From NCBI GenBank assembly GCA_050952265.1, contig JBMNKP010000001.1:431596-495595 (forward strand): a DNA stretch of 64,000 bases. The letters run 5' to 3'. Shown here in pieces: positions 19,145 through 28,552 of this stretch. This DNA comes from Limnochordia bacterium (lineage in GTDB: Bacteria; Bacillota; Limnochordia; Darwinibacteriales; Darwinibacteriaceae). Both the position numbers and the translations under genes were made by a program. Under the pieces are notes generated by a model that did not search any database, was not told the DNA's origin, and saw only the letters and a program-made list of their open reading frames with translations. Each line of letters opens with the position of its first letter. The first letter of the stretch is position 1.

Positions 19145-20045
19145 CTCCTTGAGCTACTTGAACGAAAATGTCGTGGAGCGAAGGACGGCTGATAGTCAGT
19201 TCACGCAGTGCCAGGTCGGCAGGCAGGCTCTGCATAAACTGCACTGGCTGAACTCCTTCTCTCAAGATGCACCTGAAGCGGCTGTCGTCCAGCTTTTCCC
19301 AGCCTTCCACGAGGCCGCTGTCGAAACGGAGCGCCTGCTCAGCTGAGCAGAGGAGATCAACGCGGAAGCTTCCGTAGCGTTCCTTGATGGACTGGAGGTT
19401 CCCCTTCACAACTTCCTTTCCCTTATTGATAAGGAAGATTTCATCGCAGAGCTCTTCCACGATGTTCATCTGATGGCTGGAAAGAAGTACTGCCGCACCC
19501 GAGCTGGCAAGAGCCCTGATCTCCGCCTTGAACAGATCCTGGCTCACCGGATCCAAGCCGGAAAAAGGTTCGTCGAGCACCACAAACTTTGGCTTGTGGA
19601 GTACAGCAGCGATAAACTGCACCTTCTGCGCCATCCCTTTGGAGAGCTGCTCCACCTTCTTGTTGGCGCAGTCTTCCAATCCGAACTTGCGCAGCCACTG
19701 CAGGGCGCGTTTCCTGGCCTCAGCAGGGGGCACATCCTTGAGGCCAGCCAGAAAGAGCAGAATCCGCAGAACCTTTGCTTCTTTGTACAATCCCCGTTCC
19801 TCCGGCAGGTAGCCTACGGAGGAGAAGGGGACCCCTTGAGTTTGGTTACTACCCTGTTGGAAGACCACCCGGCCGCGGTCAGGGGCGGTGATGCCCATGA
19901 TCATGCGCAGAATGGTGGTTTTTCCTGCACCGTTGGGACCGAGCAGGCCTAGGATCTTACCCTGAGGGGCTTGAAAGGAAACATTGTCTACCACAGTGGT
20001 GGAGCCATAGGACTTGGTGATCCCTTCTACGTGAAGACCGTCCAT
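19110..20045 (-). CDS. ABC transporter ATP-binding protein (NatA-like)
   Basis: GPNGAGKTT, LSKGMAQK and FVVLDEPFSGLD motifs. GGGAGGG RBS upstream. Confidence 0.85.
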   Translation of the reverse strand: MDGLHVEGITKSYGSTTVVDNVSFQAPQGKILGLLGPNGAGKTTILRMIMGITAPDRGRVVFQQGSNQTQGVPFSSVGYLPEERGLYKEAKVLRILLFLAGLKDVPPAEARKRALQWLRKFGLEDCANKKVEQLSKGMAQKVQFIAAVLHKPKFVVLDEPFSGLDPVSQDLFKAEIRALASSGAAVLLSSHQMNIVEELCDEIFLINKGKEVVKGNLQSIKERYGSFRVDLLCSAEQALRFDSGLVEGWEKLDDSRFRCILREGVQPVQFMQSLPADLALRELTISRPSLHDIFVQVAQGGAQHAERLEDR

Positions 20046-20074
20046 GATTTCCCTCCCTGGTCGTTATTTGGAAT

Positions 20075-20085
20075 ATTATAGCACA
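20075..20085 (-). promoter_or_regulatory. candidate extended -10 promoter (TGTGCTATAAT) for the ABC-2 transporter genes
   Basis: On the minus strand TGTGCTATAAT lies about 30 nt upstream of the RBS of the ATPase gene. Confidence 0.45.
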
Positions 20086-20154
20086 GGTGCAGGGATCTAT
20101 GTGATAAATTTCCTGAACGCGCTGGAACTGGACGCCAAGGTCCAGCTCCGCCGC

Positions 20155-20733
20155 TTATTCCTTTTCAGCCTCAACCGTTATCCTTTCTTCAGCGTAGATG
20201 CTGTACAGCTGATCCCTGTCCCGAACCGTTCCCCGCACTACCATGAGGTAGGAACCTGGCTCTTCCGGTGCCCGAACCATGAGGTAACCGTCCTGCAGCA
20301 GCTGAGCGCCTCTCGCCGTGAGTTCCAATATGGCAGGGCTCGCGCCCTCCTTTTCGGGCCAGATCTCCAGGATCGGCCCTTCTTCCTCACCAGCGGCACC
20401 AGGCTCCATGGTCAACACCAGCTTGAGCTCGGCTCCTCCCTGGACAATCTGGGGCTCGGGAAGCGGTACCGGTACCGAAAACATGCGCAGGGGAACGGGT
20501 TCCTCGACGTCCGGCAGCGGGGGAGGCTGGGGCTTCCACAATGACTGGGCAAACAAGGCCAGGATCAGAACCGCGGCCGCCGCCGTACCCAGCCAGAGGG
20601 GCTGTCTGGAGCGACGGGGCTCTCTGCGCAGCTGCTCCGAAACTTTCGCCCAAAGGGCATCGGGGGAGCCCTGCCACTGGCTGTTGGTCCTCAGCGCTTC
20701 GCTGATCCGCTCATCTGGAATCATCAATGCCAC
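20155..20733 (-). CDS. putative membrane-spanning anti-sigma factor
   Basis: Immediately downstream of and overlapping the ECF sigma gene. Single TM segment LWLGTAAAAVLILALFAQSLW followed by a Pro-rich extracytoplasmic domain. Confidence 0.5.
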   Translation of the reverse strand: MALMIPDERISEALRTNSQWQGSPDALWAKVSEQLRREPRRSRQPLWLGTAAAAVLILALFAQSLWKPQPPPLPDVEEPVPLRMFSVPVPLPEPQIVQGGAELKLVLTMEPGAAGEEEGPILEIWPEKEGASPAILELTARGAQLLQDGYLMVRAPEEPGSYLMVVRGTVRDRDQLYSIYAEERITVEAEKE

Positions 20734-21274
20734 CTCCTTGGAGGGCCGCGACGCTCTGCTTCAAGCGCTGCCTGGCGGTATAGAGACGTGACTTTACGGT
20801 GGAAAGGGGGATGCGGAGCGTCTGAGCAATCTCCGCTTCTGTAAGCTCCGATACATACTTCAACAGGAGGGGAATGCGGTATTTGTCATCGAGAGTGTTG
20901 ATCGCCTGGAAGAGCTGGTCCAGGCCAGCCCTGTCCAGGGCGCTGCTCTCCGGGTCTGCCGCAGCGCCGCTGTCTTCCTCCTCCAGTTCATAGGGTAGAT
21001 GGACCCGGTCGAGCCGGCTTTTCGTGCGCTTAGCCTTGTTGATCACAATGCGCGTGAACCAAGGCTTGAACGGCCTGCCGTCCTGAAAGCCGTGGAGAGA
21101 GCGGAATGCCTGCACAAACGCCTCCTGAACCGCATCTTCAGCAGTGGCCCAGTTGCGGGTGACCAGGTAGGCCAAGCGGATGGCGCTGTCTAGATGAGTT
21201 CTGAAGATCTGCTCCAAAGCGGCCTGCTCCCCCCGCTTGGCGCGCCTGATGAGTTCCTGCTCCGCAAGTTCCAC
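20711..21274 (-). CDS. ECF-type RNA polymerase sigma-70 factor
   Basis: Region 2 (AEDAVQEAFVQAFR) and region 4 (LSELTEAEIAQTLRIPLSTVKSRLYTARQRLK). Start trimmed to GTG 21274 (MELAEQELIRRAKRG...), 6 nt after AAGGAGG. Confidence 0.8.
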   Translation of the reverse strand: MELAEQELIRRAKRGEQAALEQIFRTHLDSAIRLAYLVTRNWATAEDAVQEAFVQAFRSLHGFQDGRPFKPWFTRIVINKAKRTKSRLDRVHLPYELEEEDSGAAADPESSALDRAGLDQLFQAINTLDDKYRIPLLLKYVSELTEAEIAQTLRIPLSTVKSRLYTARQRLKQSVAALQGGGIDDSR

Positions 21275-21500
21275 TCCGATCCTCCTTTCTGCCCTCACTT
21301 GATATATCCAAGCTGGGGTGAAAAGGTTGACTGCCGAGTGCATTTTTTCTCTGGCAGTTGTACCCAACCCCTTTGAAAAAAGATCCACAAACTCTGAGAT
21401 AAAGAACCTAATTGGCAGGGTTTGTTATCTATCTGTCGAATAAGGCGATCATGTATTTATTCACCTGACTAACTGAATAAACCTAGGATGTCCTGAGGGG

Positions 21501-22118
21501 GTGGCGGCTGTTTCTAGGCATGAACCGAGACTACCCGGTCTTGTGACACCAACCTTTGAGATCGAAGACAGAGTTATCAACGCACTAATGCATGTCCTCT
21601 ATGAGAAGAGCCCGCGCGAAGAGGGACATTCACGCCGAGTGAGCCAGATCTGTTTTGCCATCGGTGAGCAGCTTGGCCTGGAACACGCAGAAAAAATCCA
21701 GCTGGCCAAAGTCGGGCTGCTGCACGACATCGGCAAGATCTCCATACCCAGCGAGATTCTCAACAAAGCGGAGCCGCTCCTGCCGCGGGAGTGGAAAGAG
21801 ATACACGAGCACCCCGTCAATGGACATCGGTTCTTGAGTGCCGTGGTTGGGATGGCAGAAATTGCCGAAGCGACCCTGGCCCACCATGAGCGCATGGATG
21901 GAACCGGCTATCCGTACGGGCGCCGTGGCGAACAGATCCCCCTCATGGCCAGGATTGTGGCGGTAGCGGACGCCTATGATGCGATGGTCAGTCCGAGACC
22001 TTATCGGTATGCCTACAGTCACTGCCAAGCCATGCAGGAACTGATGCGAGGCGCAGGAAGGCAGTTTGACGCCAAAGTCGTACAAGCTTTTTGTGGATTG
22101 GTATCTAATATAGCTTAG
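21501..22118 (+). CDS. HD-GYP domain protein (likely c-di-GMP phosphodiesterase)
   Basis: GHSRRVS, LLHDIGKISIP and HHERMDGTGYPYG motifs. Confidence 0.75.
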   Translation: MAAVSRHEPRLPGLVTPTFEIEDRVINALMHVLYEKSPREEGHSRRVSQICFAIGEQLGLEHAEKIQLAKVGLLHDIGKISIPSEILNKAEPLLPREWKEIHEHPVNGHRFLSAVVGMAEIAEATLAHHERMDGTGYPYGRRGEQIPLMARIVAVADAYDAMVSPRPYRYAYSHCQAMQELMRGAGRQFDAKVVQAFCGLVSNIA

Positions 22119-22143
22119 GCCTAATAGAATGAAACGATGTTGA

Positions 22144-22174
22144 AACGGCGGCTGCTGGGCCGCCGTTGTTTTTA
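22144..22174 (+). terminator. Rho-independent terminator
   Basis: AACGGCGGCTGCTGGGCCGCCGTT hairpin followed by GTTTTT. Confidence 0.65.
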
Positions 22175-22651
22175 GTAACCCAGTTCCTTGAGGATGCGGG
22201 CGAGGGTGCTGAGGCGCTCGCCGATCAGCTCGCCATCCCGGGCGAGGGCATCGACAAACAGCTGGATATCTTCGTCGATCTTCTCGTTTTCCGTACAGAC
22301 GGCTACGGTCATGGCATCGCCCTGCAGGCCTACCCTGTCGATGACCGGCTTTTCTGGGTCATAGAACTTGGGGTAGCGGTAGGCTTCGGCGAAGTAGAGC
22401 CGCGCCCGGCAGACCAAGATGGCCAGATCGAGCACTCTGTGCAGAGGCAGTTCCTCAGACTGCCTTGACCAACGCTCTCCCGTGTGGCGCCAGACCTTGG
22501 CGGATATGTCCACCCGGCCCCGGTCGTTCCACTGGGCGAGCCCCAAGGACAGCCCCTTCGCGTCGGAGTTGTAGGCGCTTCTCCCATCGATGTTGCTGTA
22601 GTCTTCCACCACGATAACCGGTTTGTGCTTCAGATCAGTAGGTATCTTCAC
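22172..22651 (-). CDS. hypothetical protein (159 aa), no recognised family
   Basis: GTG start 7 nt after AAGGGGG. Isolated monocistronic gene between two terminators. Confidence 0.5.
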   Translation of the reverse strand: MKIPTDLKHKPVIVVEDYSNIDGRSAYNSDAKGLSLGLAQWNDRGRVDISAKVWRHTGERWSRQSEELPLHRVLDLAILVCRARLYFAEAYRYPKFYDPEKPVIDRVGLQGDAMTVAVCTENEKIDEDIQLFVDALARDGELIGERLSTLARILKELGY

Positions 22652-22679
22652 AATAATCCCCCTTGCCGTTTAGTACATC

Positions 22680-22701
22680 AGTAAAGCAGTAAATTAGTAA
22701 A
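22680..22701. repeat. three direct AGTAAA repeats (TTTACT on the coding strand of the minus-strand gene) at 8-bp spacing in a promoter region
   Basis: AGTAAAgcAGTAAAttAGTAAA located 30-50 nt upstream of the GTG of the 22172..22651 gene. Confidence 0.5.
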
Positions 22702-22854
22702 TCAGTCGATCCAAGCATACCGCGCCGCCGCGCCCCTGTCAAGCGTTTTTGCCGCGAGCCGCGGGCAGGGCAGAGTACCCGCCTGAGGAAGCAGGAAGTA
22801 CCGCCCATAAGGAGAAGCTAGCCAGAAAAGCCGAAAATATTCTTAACCAGGAGG

Positions 22855-24516
22855 TTGCCCATGTTGCTGCCCTGCTTCAAGGAAGTCAAGGAACTAACCG
22901 TGGAGCTGGTCAAGACTCCCAGCGTCGTCCGGACAAGCGGCGAGGCAGAGTGTGCTCGCAGGATCTATGGGTTCTACAGCGGACTCGAGTACTTCCGGCA
23001 GCATCCCGCCCAGCTGATCCTTCAGAGGACAGTGGAGGACGACATCGAGCGCTTCAATGTCCTGGCCATGGTCAGAGGTACCCAGGGAGATTCCCGCAGG
23101 GCCGTCATCCTCCTCGGGCACATCGACACGGTAGGCGTTGAGGATTTCGGCAGCCTCAGGGAACACGCCTGGGATCCAGAGACACTGGAGGGGCTGCTGC
23201 GCCAGATGGACCTGAGGGAGGAAGTGCAGAGGGACCTGGATTCGGGCGAGTACCTATTCGGCCGGGGCGCCTTGGACATGAAATCGGGCGTGGCAGGACA
23301 GATGTGGCTGGTGCGTTACTTCGCCGAGCATCCCGAAGAGCTAAACGGCTGTCTCATTGCCATCGCAGAATGCGATGAAGAAGACAACTCCCGGGGCATC
23401 ATCTCCGCACTGAAGGTTCTGAAGCAGTGGAAGGAAGAGCACGGGCTGGAGTACATCGCGGCCATCAATGCGGACTACTCCACACCCTATCACGAGCTCG
23501 ATGATAACCGATACGTCTACTGCGGGACCATCGGTAAACTCCTGCCCACCTTCTACGTGGTCGGCAGGGAAACCCATGCCGGCCAGCCCTTCGGAGGTTT
23601 GAACCCGAACCTGGTCACAGCGGAACTCACCAGGCTCATCGAACTCGATCCCGCTCTGTGCGACGAAGCTCAGGGAGAGGTCACCATGCCGCCTACCTGT
23701 CTCAAGCAGGCGGATTTGAAGGGCGCCTATGATGTGCAGACACCCCTCGCCGCCTATGCCTACTACAATGTCTTCATGCACAGTTTGGGCCCTGGTGAAG
23801 TCCTTGAGAGGATGAAGGAAAAGGCCGTCACAGCCTTTGAGAATGTGATCGCCCATGTCAACGCCTGCTACAAGGCATACTGCCAGCGCAGCGGGCACCC
23901 CTATACAAGACTTCCCTGGAAGGGCCGGGTATACACCTGGGCAGAGTTCTACCGGGAACTGCTGCAGCACCATGGGGAGGGTTTCGAGCAGCACCTGAAA
24001 CAGTTCACCCTTAAGCTTCAGCAGAGTAGGCCTGCCCTGGATCTGCGGGAGCTCAACCTGCGGATCGTGGAGGAGGCTTGGCAGTGGGCGCCTGATCAGA
24101 ACCCAGCCATCATCGTCTTCAACTCTTCCACCTACTTCGGCAGAGTGGAGGTAACCGGCAGGACTCCAGATGAAGAGCGGCTCCTCGAGAGCGTCAAGGC
24201 TGCGGTGGCGGAGGTGCAGGAGCATTCCGACCGGCCGATCGTGACCAAGATGTTCTACCCCTACATCTCCGACGCCAGCTTCATGTCCTTGGGCGGGGAG
24301 CAGCAGGAGCTTGAAGAACTGGCCGAGAACACGCCGGCCTGGGGGAGCGGGTACACCCATCCGGTTGACGATATTGCGGCCATAAACGTGCCAGTGGTCA
24401 ACATCGGCAGCTTTGGAAAGGACGGCCACAAGCTTACTGAAAGAGTGCACATGCGGCACACGTTTGAAATCGTACCCAACATCACCTACAGAACCGTCAA
24501 AAGACTTCTGGACTAG
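22855..24516 (+). CDS. M20/M25/M40 family metallopeptidase (553 aa)
   Basis: LLGHIDTVGVEDFG, GRGALDMKSGVAG and AIAECDEEDNSRG metal-binding motifs. AGGAGG RBS. Confidence 0.75.
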   Translation: MPMLLPCFKEVKELTVELVKTPSVVRTSGEAECARRIYGFYSGLEYFRQHPAQLILQRTVEDDIERFNVLAMVRGTQGDSRRAVILLGHIDTVGVEDFGSLREHAWDPETLEGLLRQMDLREEVQRDLDSGEYLFGRGALDMKSGVAGQMWLVRYFAEHPEELNGCLIAIAECDEEDNSRGIISALKVLKQWKEEHGLEYIAAINADYSTPYHELDDNRYVYCGTIGKLLPTFYVVGRETHAGQPFGGLNPNLVTAELTRLIELDPALCDEAQGEVTMPPTCLKQADLKGAYDVQTPLAAYAYYNVFMHSLGPGEVLERMKEKAVTAFENVIAHVNACYKAYCQRSGHPYTRLPWKGRVYTWAEFYRELLQHHGEGFEQHLKQFTLKLQQSRPALDLRELNLRIVEEAWQWAPDQNPAIIVFNSSTYFGRVEVTGRTPDEERLLESVKAAVAEVQEHSDRPIVTKMFYPYISDASFMSLGGEQQELEELAENTPAWGSGYTHPVDDIAAINVPVVNIGSFGKDGHKLTERVHMRHTFEIVPNITYRTVKRLLD

Positions 24517-24525
24517 GGTGGAGAG

Positions 24526-24630
24526 GTGGGTTACCTGGCCATGACCATCAGCGCTGGAACGGTGGTCTCGAGCCTGCTCAGCAGCCGCTTGATCGCCCGC
24601 TTTGGCACGGCCCGCGTGGGGCGGCACCTT
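24526..24630 (+). pseudogene. possible remnant of an MFS transporter gene
   Basis: LAMTISAGTVVSSLLSSRLIARFGTARV resembles the TM-helix-plus-RxGRR loop of MFS transporters, but the frame then degenerates; no full gene present. Confidence 0.2.
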
Positions 24631-24737
24631 CGGAGCACCGCTGTTCGGAGCGCTGGCTTCAGCCACTTCCCTCAAGCTGATGCCCTATTACCTGCTGGCC
24701 GCATCGGAAGCCCTGAGAACGAGGCAGGGGGCAGGAA

Positions 24738-24770
24738 GCTAGAACAAAGGGAGAGCCGCTGGGCTCTCCC
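24738..24770 (-). terminator. Rho-independent terminator of the SIMPL gene
   Basis: On the minus strand GGGAGAGCCCAGCGGCTCTCCC is followed by TTTGTTCT. Confidence 0.6.
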
Positions 24771-24787
24771 TGTTATCTCTTCTATTG

Positions 24788-25510
24788 TTAGAAGGCGAAT
24801 TCGAGTTCGACGGTGGCTCTGACTTCCACATCATCGGGGTTGATGGGTGTGGCGGCCTCTGCATCGGCCCGCAGGGCCATGTAGCCGGTCATGGGAGCGT
24901 AGGTGCTGTAGCTTTCGGTCATGTAGACGAGTTCGCCCAGGCTAACGCCGGCTGCTTCGGCCATGGCCTCTGCCTTGGCGATGCCCTGCTTCACGGCGAG
25001 CTTCAGTGCTTCGATCTGCATGTCCTGCTTATCCTGGACATCGAAGTTGATACCATACACCTGATTGGCACCAGCCTTGACAGCCCGGTCGATGATCTCC
25101 CCGACCTGTTCCAGGTTCTTGGTGGTGATGTTGATCCGGTTCTGCACCCAGTAGGTGGTGACCGTCTGCTCATCTTGCGTCCCGCGGTTGAGTATCTGTG
25201 TGGAACCCCAGATGTTGTAGCCGCTTGTGGTTACCTCTCTCTTACTAAGCCCCAGATCCTCCATGGCAGACAGGACCGCGGCCATGATATTGGCGTTGTC
25301 TTGGGCAGCCTTCTCCGCAGAGGGATCTTGAGTTTCCACACCGAGGGTGATGTAGGCGATGTCGGGGCTCGCGGAAATCACAGCCGTGCCTGTAACCTGC
25401 AGCCGCCTCCCAACGGAATCCGCCAGGGCCTCCTGAGGTTGGACAGCAGCAGCGAGAACGACCAGCAAAAGGAGAGTGAGCGTCCCTACCTGAAACACCG
25501 TTCTGCGCAT
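24788..25510 (-). CDS. SIMPL / DUF541 domain secreted protein (BP26-like)
   Basis: Signal peptide followed by ITLGVETQD...VYGINFDV...GELVYMTESYS, typical of SIMPL proteins. Start set at ATG 25510, 7 nt after AAAGGAAG. Confidence 0.7.
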   Translation of the reverse strand: MRRTVFQVGTLTLLLLVVLAAAVQPQEALADSVGRRLQVTGTAVISASPDIAYITLGVETQDPSAEKAAQDNANIMAAVLSAMEDLGLSKREVTTSGYNIWGSTQILNRGTQDEQTVTTYWVQNRINITTKNLEQVGEIIDRAVKAGANQVYGINFDVQDKQDMQIEALKLAVKQGIAKAEAMAEAAGVSLGELVYMTESYSTYAPMTGYMALRADAEAATPINPDDVEVRATVELEFAF

Positions 25511-25689
25511 CTTGATCTTCCTTTCTTTCATGTCTTGGACTTGCTTTCACCTTATATATCCTTCGAGGCGCCGGGAAGTTTGCTGTTCTGGCAGGAAATT
25601 TCTGCCTGCATCAGTCCGGAACGCCAAAAAAGGCATTGTAAGCGGAGAAACCTCTTGATAAACTATTGAAAAGAGGTGAGTCCCTGTCC

Positions 25690-26757
25690 ATGGAACAGCG
25701 CAAGCAGTTTGTCATCAACGCCTCTTATTTCGCCATCATCGCCGGAATTGCCTACCTAGTCATGAAGTATGTACTTGGTCTGGTGGCTCCTTTTATTATC
25801 GGCTTTCTAGTAGCCCTGGTGCTGCAGAGGAGCATCACTTTCTTCTCGGCGAAGCTCCGCCTGCCCAAGAAGCTGGCCGCGGTGCTGTTGGTCCTGGTCT
25901 TCTACGCTGTGCTGGGCGTTCTCCTCTTCTGGCTGGCGATGAGCGTGTTCGCTGGGGTTAAGGTTTTGGTGGAACGGCTTCCGGCTGTGTATGCCAACGA
26001 CATCGAGCCTTTCCTCATGGATGTCTTTGAGTCGGTGGAAAGGATCATGCTCCGCTTTGATATGACCGTGGCGGACTTTCTGGAGGACTTCCACGTCACC
26101 CTATCCCAATCTTTGGGCAAGATCGTTTCCGAGGTTTCGTCGGCAGCGATTTCGGCCGTCACATCGGCGGTTTCCTCGGTACCCAAGGCTTTCTTTGGAA
26201 TTGTACTCGCGGTGATCTCCTCAGCCTTTTTCGCCATGGATTTTGAGATGGTTATGGGCTTTTTCCAGAGCCTGCTTCCAGCCAAGTGGCAGGGGATGAG
26301 CGGCGAGATACGCGCCTTTTCGTCCAACATCCTAGGCAAGTACCTGAAGGCATATGCCCTGATCATGCTCATAACCTTTACGGAGATGGCTGTCGGCCTC
26401 TCCATCCTCGGGGTGAACGGCGCTATCCCGATCGCCGCCTTTACTGCTGTTGTGGATGTGCTTCCGGTTTTGGGTACAGGAGGGATCGTCATCCCCTGGG
26501 GGCTCTTCAACCTGGTGCGCGGCAACCTCTTCTTGGGGTTCGGGCTCCTGGTGCTCTATGTGGTGATCACTTTTATCCGCCAGGCCGTTGAACCGCGGCT
26601 GGTTGGTCAGCAGATTGGGCTGCACCCCATTGTGGTGCTGCTGTGCATGTACGCAGGCTTGAAGCTGTTCGGCGTGGTCGGGTTGTTCGGCCTGCCCATC
26701 ACCATCCTTGTGATCAAGTACTTCTACACTCACGGTAAAGGAGAGCCTGCTGCCTAA
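25690..26757 (+). CDS. ytvI: AI-2E family transporter / sporulation integral membrane protein YtvI-like
   Basis: Eight predicted TM segments. C-terminal ...ITFIRQAVEPRLVGQQIGLHPIVVLL... matches the UPF0118/AI-2E core. Confidence 0.65.
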   Translation: MEQRKQFVINASYFAIIAGIAYLVMKYVLGLVAPFIIGFLVALVLQRSITFFSAKLRLPKKLAAVLLVLVFYAVLGVLLFWLAMSVFAGVKVLVERLPAVYANDIEPFLMDVFESVERIMLRFDMTVADFLEDFHVTLSQSLGKIVSEVSSAAISAVTSAVSSVPKAFFGIVLAVISSAFFAMDFEMVMGFFQSLLPAKWQGMSGEIRAFSSNILGKYLKAYALIMLITFTEMAVGLSILGVNGAIPIAAFTAVVDVLPVLGTGGIVIPWGLFNLVRGNLFLGFGLLVLYVVITFIRQAVEPRLVGQQIGLHPIVVLLCMYAGLKLFGVVGLFGLPITILVIKYFYTHGKGEPAA

Positions 26758-26774
26758 AGTCGAGGAGGTGCAGC

Positions 26775-27689
26775 ATGGATAGGATTATTGAAGTGCGCGG
26801 CCTGGTCAAATCCTATGGCCCGGTTCAGGCTGTGCGGGGGCTTGACTTCTACGTGGAGAGAGGCAAGCTCTTTGCTTTTCTCGGGCCCAACGGTGCGGGC
26901 AAGTCTACTACCGTGGAGATTCTGTGTACTGCCCTCAAGAAAGATGGGGGAGAAGTAACCATCAACGGTTTCACCCTGGGGCAGGATGACGATGGGATCC
27001 GCGCCTCTATTGGCGTTGTGTTCCAGGGCCATGTGCTTGATGACCGGCTCACCGTGCGGGAGAACCTGCTCTGCCGGGGCAGCTTCTACGGGTTGAAGGG
27101 AGATGCGCTGCAGCAGGCTGCAGAGCGTGCGGCCCGTGAAGCTGCAGCATCAGACTTCCTGGACCGGCGCTACGGGAACCTCTCGGGCGGTCAGCGCCGG
27201 CGGGCTGACATCGCCAGGGCGCTTGTCAACCAACCGCAAATCCTCTTCCTCGATGAACCCACCACCGGCCTCGATGCCAAGACTCGCCGGGATGTGTGGG
27301 ACTTCATCCGCAGGATGCAGGAGGAAACGGGCATGACCGTGTTCCTCACCACCCACTACATGGAAGAGGCCGCGCAGGCCGATTACGTGATCGTGATCAG
27401 GCAGGGCCAGATCGCCGCCAAGGGAACTCCTGCTCAGCTGAAAGAGGCCTACGCCTCTGACCAGCTCCGGCTGTACTCTTCCCAGACTGAGGAACTCTCC
27501 GCTGTCTTGAGGGAGCTTGAGCTGAACTGGGAACAGCAGGGTGATGCCAGTATCGTCGCCCTCTCGGGAACGCTGGATGCCCTGCCCATCTTGGAGCGCT
27601 GCGGCGAGTACATCTACGGTTTTGAGGTGCTGCAGGGCACCATGGATGATGCATTCCTCAAGATCATCGGAGAGGAGCGGGGCGCATGA
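26775..27689 (+). CDS. ABC transporter ATP-binding protein (ABC-2 type)
   Basis: GPNGAGKST, LSGGQRRR and ILFLDEPTTGLD motifs. Confidence 0.85.
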   Translation: MDRIIEVRGLVKSYGPVQAVRGLDFYVERGKLFAFLGPNGAGKSTTVEILCTALKKDGGEVTINGFTLGQDDDGIRASIGVVFQGHVLDDRLTVRENLLCRGSFYGLKGDALQQAAERAAREAAASDFLDRRYGNLSGGQRRRADIARALVNQPQILFLDEPTTGLDAKTRRDVWDFIRRMQEETGMTVFLTTHYMEEAAQADYVIVIRQGQIAAKGTPAQLKEAYASDQLRLYSSQTEELSAVLRELELNWEQQGDASIVALSGTLDALPILERCGEYIYGFEVLQGTMDDAFLKIIGEERGA

Positions 27690-28534
27690 TCGCCTTTGCC
27701 GTACGCAATCTGAGGGTCTTTTTCCGCGACCGCGCCTCCGTGTTCTTTTCCCTGATCGCGGTCCTGATCATCATCGGTCTTTACGCTGCCTTTCTGGGCA
27801 ATACCCTCACTCAGGGTATGGAAGGCATGCCCGGGGCGCGGTTTCTGATGGACAGCTGGATCATGGCCGGGCTCCTCGCGGTCGCGTCGATCACCACTAC
27901 CCTCGGAGCTGCCGGAGTCATGGTCGATGATCAGAACAAGGGCATTTCCAAAGATTTCCGCTGCTTGCCGCTGAAGCGGAGCACCATTGTGGGCGGTTAC
28001 CTCCTGTCCGCGGTGGTGGTGGGGGTGATCATGTCCACAGCAGCCTTTGCTGCCGCCGAGATCTACATCGCTCTCAACGGGGGTAAGCTTCTGTCTGCCG
28101 CGGCGGTGTTGAAAGTGCTGGGGCTGATCATACTCTCGTCAGCGGCCAGCGGGGCCATGGTGTCGCTTCTTATTTCCTTCCTCAAGACGCCCAACGCCCT
28201 GGCCGTGGCCAGCACCGTAGTCGGCACCCTATCTGGATTTCTCATGGGAATATACGTGCCCATCAGCGTCCTGCCAAAGGCCGTTCAGACGGTGATCAAG
28301 GCCTTTCCCATTGCCCATGCTGCGGCCCTTCTAAGACAGGTGTTCATGGAAGTTCCCCTGGCAGAGAGCTTCGCAGGAGCTCCGCCGCAGGTGGTGGATG
28401 AGTTTAAGCAGAGCCTTGGAGTCGTGTTCACAATCGGAGGAGAGGCGTTCAGCGCCGCGGGCAGTGTGGCCATACTCCTCGCCACTACAGCAGTGTTCTT
28501 TGTTCTCGCCGTCTGGCGGATGTTAAAGCGATAA
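27686..28534 (+). CDS. ABC-2 family transporter permease
   Basis: Six-TM protein. ATGA overlap with the ATPase gene. Confidence 0.7.
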   Translation: MIAFAVRNLRVFFRDRASVFFSLIAVLIIIGLYAAFLGNTLTQGMEGMPGARFLMDSWIMAGLLAVASITTTLGAAGVMVDDQNKGISKDFRCLPLKRSTIVGGYLLSAVVVGVIMSTAAFAAAEIYIALNGGKLLSAAAVLKVLGLIILSSAASGAMVSLLISFLKTPNALAVASTVVGTLSGFLMGIYVPISVLPKAVQTVIKAFPIAHAAALLRQVFMEVPLAESFAGAPPQVVDEFKQSLGVVFTIGGEAFSAAGSVAILLATTAVFFVLAVWRMLKR

Positions 28535-28552
28535 TCACGGGAGGTTCTCTAG

